DNA from: Trypanosoma brucei
Taxonomy: Eukaryota
Direction: 5' to 3'
NCBI GenBank assembly: GCA_000002445.1
Contig: CP000066.1
Span: forward strand, 1,568,001 to 1,632,000
Length of the DNA stretch: 64,000 nucleotides
Below are positions 28,646 through 39,473 of this stretch, piece by piece. The notes under the pieces were generated by a model. The model was not told the origin of the DNA and did no database searches. It worked only from the letters and a program-made list of their open reading frames with translations. Within the stretch, counting starts at the first letter, position 1, and each line of letters opens with the position of its first letter. The position numbers and the translations under genes were made by a program.

Positions 28646-29707
28646 ATGAGGAAACAACATGTCATATACTACGTATTTTTCTGCTTAGGAGCCATAGGAA
28701 GCAGAGGAGAGACAGAACCAATAACAATACAAAAAGGAACGGAGTGCCACAAAGCATTGGAAACAGCGTTCACCACGCCCAAAAACTGTGAGAATGTAAG
28801 CACAGCGATAAGCGAAATGCCTGAAAATGTTAGCATTGAAACATTCCCGGGGGCATGGACCGTGTGCCAATTCATGGAAAACGAAAAAGAAAGCACAGTC
28901 ACGCAATGCATTTTGAAGTTCGAAAACGCAGAGGGAAATCGAATAGCGTGCACCTACGAAACCGAGGGCGGACAAGGAAACGTAAGCTGCACACAGGAAG
29001 TGGATGCTCCGGTGGCTTATCATCCATACTGTGAGGGAGCCGAATACGATTATACTTATCATGACGAAAGCCACGGTCATGGGAGCGGGGGCTATGAGCG
29101 GCGTTGTCCCGAGCCGGGTCCACGTCCTGCGCCACTGAATGAAGAAGCTCACAGGTGTGTTGCCGACGTCCTTGTTGCATTTGGTGGTCACCATGAATGT
29201 GCAAAACTCTACGGCACAGATCCGGCACTCGATCCTGAAGATGTCATCTTCGGCGAGAAAGGAGATGACAAACCAAAATGCACGGAGGCAGATCGACCCG
29301 AGGTGTCCACATTGGTTGGAGAAGCATGCGAGGTAAAATTGCGGACCAAACCAGAACCAGACGAATACTTGTGTAAGGTAGAAACCTCTAACGGTAAAAG
29401 AAAAATAAAGTGTACCCCCAAAACACCAAAAACAATTCCTCAACAAGCGGACACAGTAAAGAAACCAGATACCACTGAATCCATGCAGAAAAAAGCTGAC
29501 GATGGTGGTAAAACTGAGGTAACACCAGAAGTAAAAGATGGGCAAAAAGATGAAAAGGGTGGGAAAGAAAGGCAAGAAAAGCAAAAAATGGAAAATAATA
29601 CTGGAAAAAGCAATGAAGCAGCGACAAACACTAAAACGCAGGCTTCTTCTTGGAAATCAAATAATCCTATTATCATGTTTTTAACACTTTCTTTATTGTT
29701 GCTTTAG
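28646..29707 (+). CDS. Tandem-array surface protein copy 3 of the family (near-identical to copy at 26768)
   Basis: 353 aa. Differs from copy 2 by a single conservative change (T to A in ...HELT/AHGP on the antisense track, equivalent). The sense protein is identical on the track. Confidence 0.75.
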   Translation: MRKQHVIYYVFFCLGAIGSRGETEPITIQKGTECHKALETAFTTPKNCENVSTAISEMPENVSIETFPGAWTVCQFMENEKESTVTQCILKFENAEGNRIACTYETEGGQGNVSCTQEVDAPVAYHPYCEGAEYDYTYHDESHGHGSGGYERRCPEPGPRPAPLNEEAHRCVADVLVAFGGHHECAKLYGTDPALDPEDVIFGEKGDDKPKCTEADRPEVSTLVGEACEVKLRTKPEPDEYLCKVETSNGKRKIKCTPKTPKTIPQQADTVKKPDTTESMQKKADDGGKTEVTPEVKDGQKDEKGGKERQEKQKMENNTGKSNEAATNTKTQASSWKSNNPIIMFLTLSLLLL

Positions 29708-30457
29708 TATCATTTAATAAACGGTAATGTAGACTGTTTTGAAGAAAGTATGCTTTTAACGGAGAAGGGAAGTGAGTGTATCAAAACATTTTTCTTGACA
29801 GACGTACATTAAGGGAACATTTTTATTGTTTACTTGCCATATTGCACTGCTAAAAAACTTCTCGTGCTGGAGTTGCGTGCGAAGTATTAGATTTCTTCAC
29901 CGATTCTTTTTTGTAGCGAAGGTAAGGGGAATAGGATATGTAGTTGTGTCGGGGACGGCGTTCTGTTTGTTGAAAGGGATAGCAGGAAGAGAAAACTCTA
30001 CCCCGGGTGAAAGCAACTGACTTGTGCAGTTCGTTCGGATCGATAGACAGGTGGAAATCGCCGCAAAAAGGTTGTAACAGCATTTGATCGGCACATGTGG
30101 TGTAGCGTTTTGGGTTGAGAAATGCACGCATAAAGGCACGGATGCTCAGGAAATACCCTTATTTCTGATAACATAATTGTACGCTAAGCTAGAGAAGGCA
30201 CAACACCAGATTCGAGAATACAACAGAAAAGTGAAGACGGGTGATTTAAGCGGGTCACTGAAATCAAGATCATTAATACAGACGGCAGCATCAGTGGAGG
30301 GGGAAATATTTTTTTTAATACTTGAAACTGTTGAGGAAAAGAGGGTTTGCCACGCCCAGCCGCTAATGATAATGTGAAATGGAAATTTACAGTATCCATT
30401 TAACCTACAATATCATGATTCCTACACCTTTATCATTCTTCCTTTAGCGAAAACAAA

Positions 30458-31522
30458 ATGAGGAAACAACATGTCATATACTACGTATTTTTCTGCTTAG
30501 GAGCCATAGGAAGCAGAGGAGAGACAGAACCAATAACAATACAAAAAGGAACGGAGTGCCACAAAGCATTGGAAACAGCGTTCACCACGCCCAAAAACTG
30601 TGAGAATGTAAGCACAGCGATAAGCGAAATGCCTGAAAATGTTAGCATTGAAACATTCCCGGGGGCATGGACCGTGTGTCAATTCATGGAAAACGAAAAA
30701 GAAAGCACAGTCACGCAATGCATTTTGAAGTTCGAAAACGCAGAGGGAAATCGAATAGCGTGCACCTACGAAACCGAGGGCGGACAAGGAAACGTAAGCT
30801 GCACACAGGAAGTGGATGCTCCGGTGGCTTATCACCCACACTGTGGGGAACATGGAAGTGACCATGGTTATGATAACGGCTATGATGGTTATAATGGCGT
30901 GGCGTATGGTGAACTGGGTTGTCCCGAGCCTGGTCCACCTCCTGCCCAACCGAACGATGAAGCTCACAGGTGCATTGCCGACGTTTTCGCTGCATTTAGT
31001 GGCCACCTTCCATGTGCAAAATTCTACGGCACAGATCAGGCATTCGGTCCTAAGGAAGTCGTCTTCGGCGAGAACGGAAATGAAAAACCAGAATGTGCAG
31101 AAGGAAGCGAACCCCCGGAATCCAAGGTGGTTGGGGAAACATGTGAAGTAAAATTGCGGACAAAAAAACAACCAGAAGAATATGTATGTAAGGTAGAAAC
31201 CTCTAACGGTAAAAGAAAAATAAAGTGTACCCCCAAAACACCAAAAACAATTCCTCAACAAGCGGACACAGTAAAGAAACCAGATACCACTGAATCCATG
31301 CAGAAAAAAGCTGACGATGGTGGTAAAACTGAGGTAACACCAGAAGTAAAAGATGGGCAAAAAGATGAAAAGGGTGGGAAAGAAAGGCAAGAAAAGCAAA
31401 AAATGGAAAATAATACTGGAAAAAGCAATGAAGCAGCGACAAACACTAAAACGCAGGCTTCTTCTTGGAAATCAAATAATCCTATTATCATGTTTTTAAC
31501 ACTTTCTTTATTGTTGCTTTAG
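30458..31522 (+). CDS. Tandem-array surface protein, mosaic copy (central ~120 codons replaced)
   Basis: 354 aa. The first ~124 and last ~110 residues are identical to the other copies. The central segment (nt ~30828-31190; ...YHPHCGEHGSDHGYDNGYDGYNGVAYGELGCPEPGPPPAQPNDEAHRCIADVFAAF...EGSEPPESKVVGETCEVKLRTKKQPEEYVCKV) is divergent. It shares PPESKVVGE with the leading diverged gene at 24952. Confidence 0.75.
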   Translation: MRKQHVIYYVFFCLGAIGSRGETEPITIQKGTECHKALETAFTTPKNCENVSTAISEMPENVSIETFPGAWTVCQFMENEKESTVTQCILKFENAEGNRIACTYETEGGQGNVSCTQEVDAPVAYHPHCGEHGSDHGYDNGYDGYNGVAYGELGCPEPGPPPAQPNDEAHRCIADVFAAFSGHLPCAKFYGTDQAFGPKEVVFGENGNEKPECAEGSEPPESKVVGETCEVKLRTKKQPEEYVCKVETSNGKRKIKCTPKTPKTIPQQADTVKKPDTTESMQKKADDGGKTEVTPEVKDGQKDEKGGKERQEKQKMENNTGKSNEAATNTKTQASSWKSNNPIIMFLTLSLLLL

Positions 31523-32337
31523 TATCATTTAATAAACGGTAATGTAAACTGTTTGGAAGAAAGCATGCTTTTAACGGAGAAGGGAAGTGAGTGTATCAAA
31601 ACATTTTTCTTGACAGACGTACATTAAGGGAACATTTTTATTGTTTACTTGCCATATTGCACTGCTAAAAAACTTCTCGTGCTGGAGTTGCGTGCGAAGT
31701 ATTAGATTTCTTCACCGATTCTTTTTTGTAGCGAAGGTAAGGGGAATAGGATATGTAGTTGTGTCGGGGACGGCGTTCTGTTTGTTGAAAGGGATAGCAG
31801 GAAGAGAAAACTCTACCCCGGGTGAAAGCAACTGACTTGTGCAGTTCGTTCGGATCGATAGACAGGTGGAAATCGCCGCAAAAAGGTTGTAACAGCATTT
31901 GATCGGCACATGTGGTGTAGCGTTTTGGGTTGAGAAATGCACGCATAAAGGCACGGATGCTCAGGAAATACCCTTATTTCTGATAACATAATTGGACGCT
32001 AAGCTAGAGAAGGCACAACACCAGATTCGAGAATACAACAGAAAAATGACGGGCGATGGCACCGACGAAGAGGAACAATTGAAGCGGGTCGCTGAAATCG
32101 ATAACATCAATGCCCACGGCAGCCTCCTCTCGACGCGCGGACAAAACAAGAAAAAAAAATGCAGCTTCAGAAAAAAAAAAAATGTTTCTTTGGGAAACCA
32201 CTTGAAACTGTTGAGGAAAAGAGGGTTTGCCACGCCCAGCCGCTAATGATAATGTGAAATGGAAATTTACAGTATCCATTTAACCTACAATATCATGATT
32301 CCTACACCTTTATCATTCTTCCTTTAGCGAAAACAAA

Positions 32338-33399
32338 ATGAGGAAACAACATGTCATATACTACGTATTTTTCTGCTTAGGAGCCATAGGAAGCAGAGGA
32401 GAGACAGAACCAATAACAATACAAAAAGGAACGGAGTGCCACAAAGCATTGGAAACAGCGTTCACCACGCCCAAAAACTGTGAGAATGTAAGCACAGCGA
32501 TAAGCGAAATGCCTGAAAATGTTAGCATTGAAACATTCCCGGGGGCATGGACCGTGTGCCAATTCATGGAAAACGAAAAAGAAAGCACAGTCACGCAATG
32601 CATTTTGAAGTTCGAAAACGCAGAGGGAAATCGAATAGCGTGCACCTACGAAACCGAGGGCGGACAAGGAAACGTAAGCTGCACACAGGAAGTGGATGCT
32701 CCGGTGGCTTATCATCCATACTGTGAGGGAGCCGAATACGATTATACTTATCATGACGAAAGCCACGGTCATGGGAGCGGGGGCTATGAGCGGCGTTGTC
32801 CCGAGCCGGGTCCACGTCCTGCGCCACTGAATGAAGAAGCTCACAGGTGTGTTGCCGACGTCCTTGTTGCATTTGGTGGTCACCATGAATGTGCAAAACT
32901 CTACGGCACAGATCCGGCACTCGATCCTGAAGATGTCATCTTCGGCGAGAAAGGAGATGACAAACCAAAATGCACGGAGGCAGATCGACCCGAGGTGTCC
33001 ACATTGGTTGGAGAAGCATGCGAGGTAAAATTGCGGACCAAACCAGAACCAGACGAATACTTGTGTAAGGTAGAAACCTCTAACGGTAAAAGAAAAATAA
33101 AGTGTACCCCCAAAACACCAAAAACAATTCCTCAACAAGCGGACACAGTAAAGAAACCAGATACCACTGAATCCATGCAGAAAAAAGCTGACGATGGTGG
33201 TAAAACTGAGGTAACACCAGAAGTAAAAGATGGGCAAAAAGATGAAAAGGGTGGGAAAGAAAGGCAAGAAAAGCAAAAAATGGAAAATAATACTGGAAAA
33301 AGCAATGAAGCAGCGACAAACACTAAAACGCAGGCTTCTTCTTGGAAATCAAATAATCCTATTATCATGTTTTTAACACTTTCTTTATTGTTGCTTTAG
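32338..33399 (+). CDS. Tandem-array surface protein, last copy
   Basis: 353 aa, identical in translation to the copy at 28646. Confidence 0.75.
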   Translation: MRKQHVIYYVFFCLGAIGSRGETEPITIQKGTECHKALETAFTTPKNCENVSTAISEMPENVSIETFPGAWTVCQFMENEKESTVTQCILKFENAEGNRIACTYETEGGQGNVSCTQEVDAPVAYHPYCEGAEYDYTYHDESHGHGSGGYERRCPEPGPRPAPLNEEAHRCVADVLVAFGGHHECAKLYGTDPALDPEDVIFGEKGDDKPKCTEADRPEVSTLVGEACEVKLRTKPEPDEYLCKVETSNGKRKIKCTPKTPKTIPQQADTVKKPDTTESMQKKADDGGKTEVTPEVKDGQKDEKGGKERQEKQKMENNTGKSNEAATNTKTQASSWKSNNPIIMFLTLSLLLL

Positions 33400-33939
33400 T
33401 ATCATTTAATAAACGGTAATGTAAACTGTTTGGAAGAAAGCATGCTTTTAACGGAGAAGGGAAGTGAGTGTATCAAAACATTTTTCTTGACAGACGTACA
33501 TTAAGGGAACATTTTTATTGTTTACTTGCCATATTGCACTGCTAAAAAACTTCTCGTGCTGGAGTTGCGTGCGAAGTATTAGATTTCTTCACCGATTCTT
33601 TTTTGTAGCGAAGGTAAGGGGAATAGGATATGTAGTTGTGTCGGGGACGGCGTTCTGTTTGCTGGAAGTGGCAAAGGGAGGAAAAAACAAACAAACTTGT
33701 CAGATGGGAGTGGCTTTCAGGAAAACCTGTACAGTTGAAACTGGGGAAGGGAAAGTTACGGAAGGATAAAACAAATTGTGTAATCGAATTCGTCGCTGAT
33801 GATAAAACAAACGAACGGAGTTCACCACCCTGAAACCGTAGCTGCGTCTTCCTCCGTCACATACGACACAACAATGTAAGCCTAATGTTGCTGGTATAAG
33901 GAAACGCATTGTTGCGCAGGAGACGCCCACGGCCATGGC

Positions 33940-34130
33940 AGTTTAATTGGACGCTAAGCCAGCGAAAGAACTATGCCAAACTCGAGAGCACGACAGTGAT
34001 GGCTGGTGGCGCTCACGAAAATGTGTGATGGCAGGAACTCGCTGAGTTCAAGATCGTCAATGCCAACGGCAGCATTCCCTCGACACACGGAAGAAATAAG
34101 CAAAAAAAGAGATGCTGTACACAAGCTATA
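33940..34130 (+). repeat. Diverged relic of the conserved intergenic element, downstream of the array end
   Basis: ttaattggacgctaagccagcgaaag...atcgtcaatgccaacggcagcattccctcgacacacgg aligns at about 70% with taattggacgctaagctagagaagg...atcaacatcaatgcccacggcagcctcctctcgacgcgcgg from the array units. No CDS follows it. Confidence 0.5.
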
Positions 34131-35663
34131 TGCCAAAGCCGAACTCAGCCATTGTTGTCATGACGCCAAGCGGGAAAGAGAGCCAACGGCAACTTGCAAA
34201 TGCAGCGAAATAAGGATCGTTGAGAAACGACTTGGTGTGGACACCATGGGCGAAAGTTCACAGGCGCAGGAAATACCGGCGGTATATTCGGTGACGAGGC
34301 CTATGGTAAAAACCGTCACGCTATCCTAGCGCAGGTATTGGGGTGATTACGACGCGGGTGAGGGAAATGGGAAGAGGTGCAAAATGTCAGGAAATTCTTG
34401 AGAGCGTGCGAATTCTGCAAAGGTAAAAAGGACAGCAGTCGTTGACATCGGGAACAGAAGGAAGACGCAGCTTTTAACAGAATGCCGGAAGGCGCGAGCA
34501 CAGCCAAACAAATGGCAAGACGAGCTGAGAAGGCTACTGGCCACACTCTGAAATGGAAAGCCGCAGCGAGGGTGGGGGGAAACGCGCAGGTTCAGAGAGT
34601 TTTACCGGAAGAAGTCGAAAAGATGGCGAAACCTTCAGGAGTTAAAAATGTTTGGAAAAGGACAAAGCGGAGAAAATATCAGTAGTCGCCGGGAGAAAAT
34701 GCAGTGGCTGTCTTCGGACTGGTTTAGTTCGCGTCGCGACAACGACACCTCATATATAAAATTTCCTGAAAATAATGACGATGACGGCGAAAAACTCTTT
34801 TAAAACTCTTTTTTTCACAATTCCCCATTATTTTCATCTATTCCACATAACCTGTAGACGACCATGACTTGAGGTGAAAACCAGTTACACATGGGACGTT
34901 CTCGCGTCATTCCTCGTACCGGTTATTTCCATCATGTACCGCGAGGGCCATTGCACAGCGCATCATCTTCCGTTGACAGATGTTGTAGTTGGATTCCGTG
35001 TCCGGCTGTTTTGAAACGTTACGTCGGCCACCGTATGCCAGATTCCTCCTTTGTTATTGTTTTCGTTTGTGTAAAAACGCCGATACAGATGCAATTAGCA
35101 GCTCCAGTGTGACAATTGGAACAACCGATCGTATTTCGTACTTGCTTGTTTGTTTTTTCTGCGAACCTTTCAACGCATCAATCCCATCCTTTGCCAATCT
35201 CCACGCTTATGGACCCTTAAGGGGTCGTGCTATATCAATCTTCCAACACCCGGTCATCACTGTGGATTCCGCCTCCGCCTCTGATGATAACGTTCCGTGC
35301 AAAATGTGGCATTTACCCTTTTCTCGCGCAGTTATTTGCTTAGGTGATCCTTTTCGGCCGGTAGAGTTCCCCGGAATTCCGCTGCGACTCACCTGAGATC
35401 AGACCTGTATTCTGCTTAACACCACCGATCTCAACATTGAGAGCGCTCTAAAGATACCGAAAGAATCATGTTCGCACGTGCGTGGAGGATCACACCGATG
35501 TTTCCCACCATCCTGAAAACCGACGGTTTCGCCGCTTTCCCTTCTCCCCCGGGCAGGCCGTTACTGTCCGACTGCCGCAATCCTTAAGACGGGATGCGCG
35601 CGAACATTTAATCTCCCCGGCTCTCGAAGATGCACCGGATTCAAACATCGCAATGAGGTGTGT

Positions 35664-36330
35664 TCAACACTCTGCCATGGGAGTTTGCTCATTAAACGAA
35701 CTGGTCAGAGTGCTTCCCCAATTCACAGACAACTCGGATAAATGCACAGTTTCATTAAACGTGTAGCAGAAAAAATGACTAATGCTTGGCATGCTTCCGT
35801 CCAGCATGAAAGCTGCGTACCTTCTATCTCCCTTGATCATGCCGAAGGGTCCGTCAGTTGGTTTCAAATATTAGCACTGCCATGCCGCAGAAATACGCAA
35901 CAATAGGCAACTCTTCCACATCACAATGCAATAACTTGTAGAGGATGAAAGAGCCAAAATTCTGAGATTTGCCAAACCCCGGGTTACCAATGGTAAGGTA
36001 TGCTCGTGGAAAATAAGGACATTCCGGTATAACACGTTGTGTACGCCATAACTCAATTCCACTTCTTACAACATTCCATACGCGGAACTCTTCTCTACGG
36101 ATGAATATGTTTTTGTTACTTCCGTCGGTAAACTTGGCTTATTATCACCTCATTTGAGATGTTAGAACCAATGCTTCAGCTTCTTCCATGCGCTCTGGTT
36201 TCTTCTCAACAGCTTCCTCAATTTAAGGGACAACATTAAGTTCTTCATTCTTCCACATTACATTGCCACCACGCGTTCCATCAACAAACTCCATCCCGAG
36301 CAGTTGAGTTTTGTTGTCCATTATAATGTG
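35664..36330 (-). pseudogene. Fragmented P-loop NTPase-like pseudogene (possibly retrotransposon-hot-spot-protein-like)
   Basis: The minus-strand translation is broken across at least 3 frames. One frame reads ...PRAYLTIGNPGFGKSQNFGSFILYKLLHCDVEELPIVAYFCG, which contains a Walker-A GxxGxGKS followed by a hydrophobic stretch and an acidic residue. The adjacent ORFs 35871-36062(-) and 35664-35867(-) continue in shifted frames. Confidence 0.25.
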
Positions 36331-39300
36331 ACTTCACTTTGCATTGCATACGGAGCCATATAAACTGAAAACATTATCACCTCTTGCTTCACGGTCTCTC
36401 AGACGCTTTTCTCCCAGAATAAGTGTTTTTTTGTCCTGAAGCAAAATGTTGAATATTGTTCTTGATTAAAATATCTGCTTTACTTTTATAACTGATTCGG
36501 CTTCTTAGTGTTTCTTTGTAAAGGATACAGAAGCTTTATTACAAATGGATTCCTGTACTAAAGCACACACATGGTTACTCAGATAGAACAGTTATAAATC
36601 TCAAATAATTTTAATAAGCTTTCCTCACACATTTTTCTATCCAATGAAATTATTTCCACACTGCTCTACTGCAGCATTTTGTGGCCATTAAACAAAAAAA
36701 AATAGTTTTGGCGCTGCCTCAGGTATTCGCTGACATTTCCCCTCTTTTCAACGCATGTTGATAAACGCATGCCTCAACACTGTCACGCCTTAGTGTTATT
36801 AAATCAATTCTCATGCCTCTAAGGAATGCACGGCATGAGATCCTATTTTCAAATATATTAATTGATGCACGACATTTGGTATTTTATTCATTTCATTTGG
36901 TCGTCGCTTTCCCCCATTCTCTGAGTTCGCAAACACCACTGAGCTAATTCCGTGCAAATGTACACATGTAACTTCAAGGTAATATATGTTTATCACTGTT
37001 GTGTTCTTTCGTATTTCTTTTGTTGACTGCTGGTGCCCAGTAAGTTCCTATCATAAAATATGTATCATCTTACAAGACACAACAATAATGGTCATGATAA
37101 AGGTTCTGAATTCCCTGTATTTAATGTTGGACGCTGATGTGAGGAATGGATTCAAAAACAAACAAATAAACAAACTGAAGCCTCCTGTTCGTAAATGAAG
37201 GGTTTGTGTTCACATCGTTGGAGAGTGTCAGCACCCGGAGATATACTTTTCTCGCTTTGCAGTGTATGTTTCACTACAGTTTCCGTTCGTTCCGCCATAT
37301 GGGAAAATAAATTGTTTTGGATATTTGAGTCTGCGCCGCCTTCCCCACTCAAAGTAACTTGCATAATGAGTATTATTGTGGTAAATTTTGAGTTCTCATG
37401 AGGATTTCACACTTCACACGCGCAAAAAAATTGTTACGACGACTCGCTTACTGTTGCACACATGGAAATGGTGGCTGCGATGGAAGCTTCCCTTAATTTG
37501 TCTCATTTTCGTGAGAGTTGAGTTTTAAGCAACATTGTGCCTCCTAAACCTCGATACGCTTTTGAAAAATGAGGTTAGAAAACAGACTCACTATTTGATA
37601 CAGCAAGTAAGAGAACTTGGCATTTAATAATTATTATTACTGAACACACATTCATATGTTAATTTTTTTCTATCACCATTAGGAACGTAACCATCGCACG
37701 TTAAAGAACCACCAATACGCAAATATTTCCATACGCCACTTCACTGCCTTCAAAGCGCTGTCCAAATGGTTTTGAATATAAGTGCAATACAAAAATGGCA
37801 TTTCCCTCTTGATTCTGGCAGTTTCAAAGTGATAGCTGTGCCTTGCACCACGTTTAGGAGTGGCAAAGCAACCACCTGTGGTACCCTCCGGAAGAACTGT
37901 GTTGAAGCGGAAAAAAAAAAAGCATCGCTTTACAGTGTTGTACACAATACATCCGCCATCGGCCAACTACTGCCATCATAGCAATCCCATGTACGCATCG
38001 CTTTGGATTCCGCAGAAATATCTCCGTTTTTTTTTTCGGTGGGAAACAGTAACATCCAATAACAAGGTTACTGACAAAAGTAAACCTTTAAAAATATATA
38101 TACCACCCAAAGTAAGTCTATTTCACCATTTCCTTACCTGCGTCTTGTCGTTGGAAACCACTTGTCAGAAGAACAACGTGTATACCTTGTCAATTTTGAG
38201 GAACGGACGAACACCACGCAGGACTAAAGAGTTCAAAGGGGGAAAACTATCACATGGCAATGTAAGTTCCACCGCGATTCAGTCACTTTCTCTCCAACAC
38301 CATCAAACACCGAAATCCACAAATGCTGCGCCGGAGCTGCTTTTTAAAGGAAAGCGAAGTATTTCCTCTCACCGCTAACACGATGATCACTAAAAACTGA
38401 CCACCCTAAAAGCAGATAATGGGTTTAAACTTCCACATGAAGAAAAAAACAATATTCAATTCCTGTTTTCTATGACAACCAAGCACTGTTGGAACAAGAA
38501 GGGATACAGTTAACCCCGGAAATAAATAACAGATCATAGCATATTTTCCACTTCCCCCTTAATTCAGTCGCATAACTACTGTTATCATACTTCCCGCTTA
38601 AAAACACGGGAGTTTTAACATCGTTTTCAGAAGTTATCCGTTTATGCTTTAATCAAATGGGGTTCGTTTATATGGTTGAAAAAATAAATAAGCATAGAAA
38701 ATACACACATATGTGTCCTTTTTAATAAGTTGCGTTAGCTTCATAAGTCAGACCACCGTCGGAATATCGCTCTGACAGCTCCTTTCTTCGCAATTGCCTG
38801 GCTATGATTCTTTTCTCCGTTCAATTTTAGGTTATCCACAAATATATATTTTTTGGTTTTCATTTCACTCAATCATTAATTCATCAGTATCAAAATCATT
38901 TATATTATTTTGCGCTCTTCGCACCCAGCTAAATATATATATATTTGTTACCGATAATATACCACACTTCGTTGTTGAAAAACTTAGTCTCTTCCCCATA
39001 TTTTAAGCTTCAGATTTCGTTAGGTGTCTTTGCAATATCTTTCACACGCGTGCGATACAGTCATTGTTATAACTTTAAAAAGGACAGGAGGAAATGACTC
39101 ATCCGCTACAGTTTGTTCAGTAGCATTGAGGTTAAGTTTCATCGCCTCCCTTATAATCGATTCTTCAATACCTTTTACTGTTTCTTGTCCCGTATATGTT
39201 TATTTTTTAATGTTGATGCTTTCTGCTTCATACGCTTGGCAATTCTGATTCGGTTTTTATGTATTCCAATTGTTCCCTTAACTTTTTGTAAGTTCTTTAT

Positions 39301-39473
39301 TACTGGATTTAAGCCCTTCGATCATATTATCGTATGTCGTTTCGGTTATCCATGTACACTGTCACTGACAAAGGCAGTTACAGGTTGGTTAATGTTTCCC
39401 AGTCAAACCCACTGCGCGTAGTAACCACCTAATTCGATAGTTGTAGGCTAATATATGCTTGTGAATAATAGTG

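Larger units (their letters stand above)
25945..33661. repeat. Tandem gene array: four ~1.81-1.88-kb units plus the conserved 3' flank of the leading copy. It ends about 260 bp after the last CDS, where similarity stops
   Basis: Gene starts at 24952, 26768, 28646, 30458 and 32338 are spaced 1816, 1878, 1812 and 1880 bp apart. The ORF-track proteins are identical for copies 2, 4 and 5. The intergenic blocks, including the one after gene 1, align almost base-for-base. Confidence 0.9.

Noticed and set aside
24952-33661. Regular ~1.9-kb direct repeats considered as a CRISPR/satellite array
   Set aside because: The units are kb-scale, each contains a full ORF with signal peptide, and the context is a eukaryotic trans-spliced gene array. 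They are not short repeat-spacer units.
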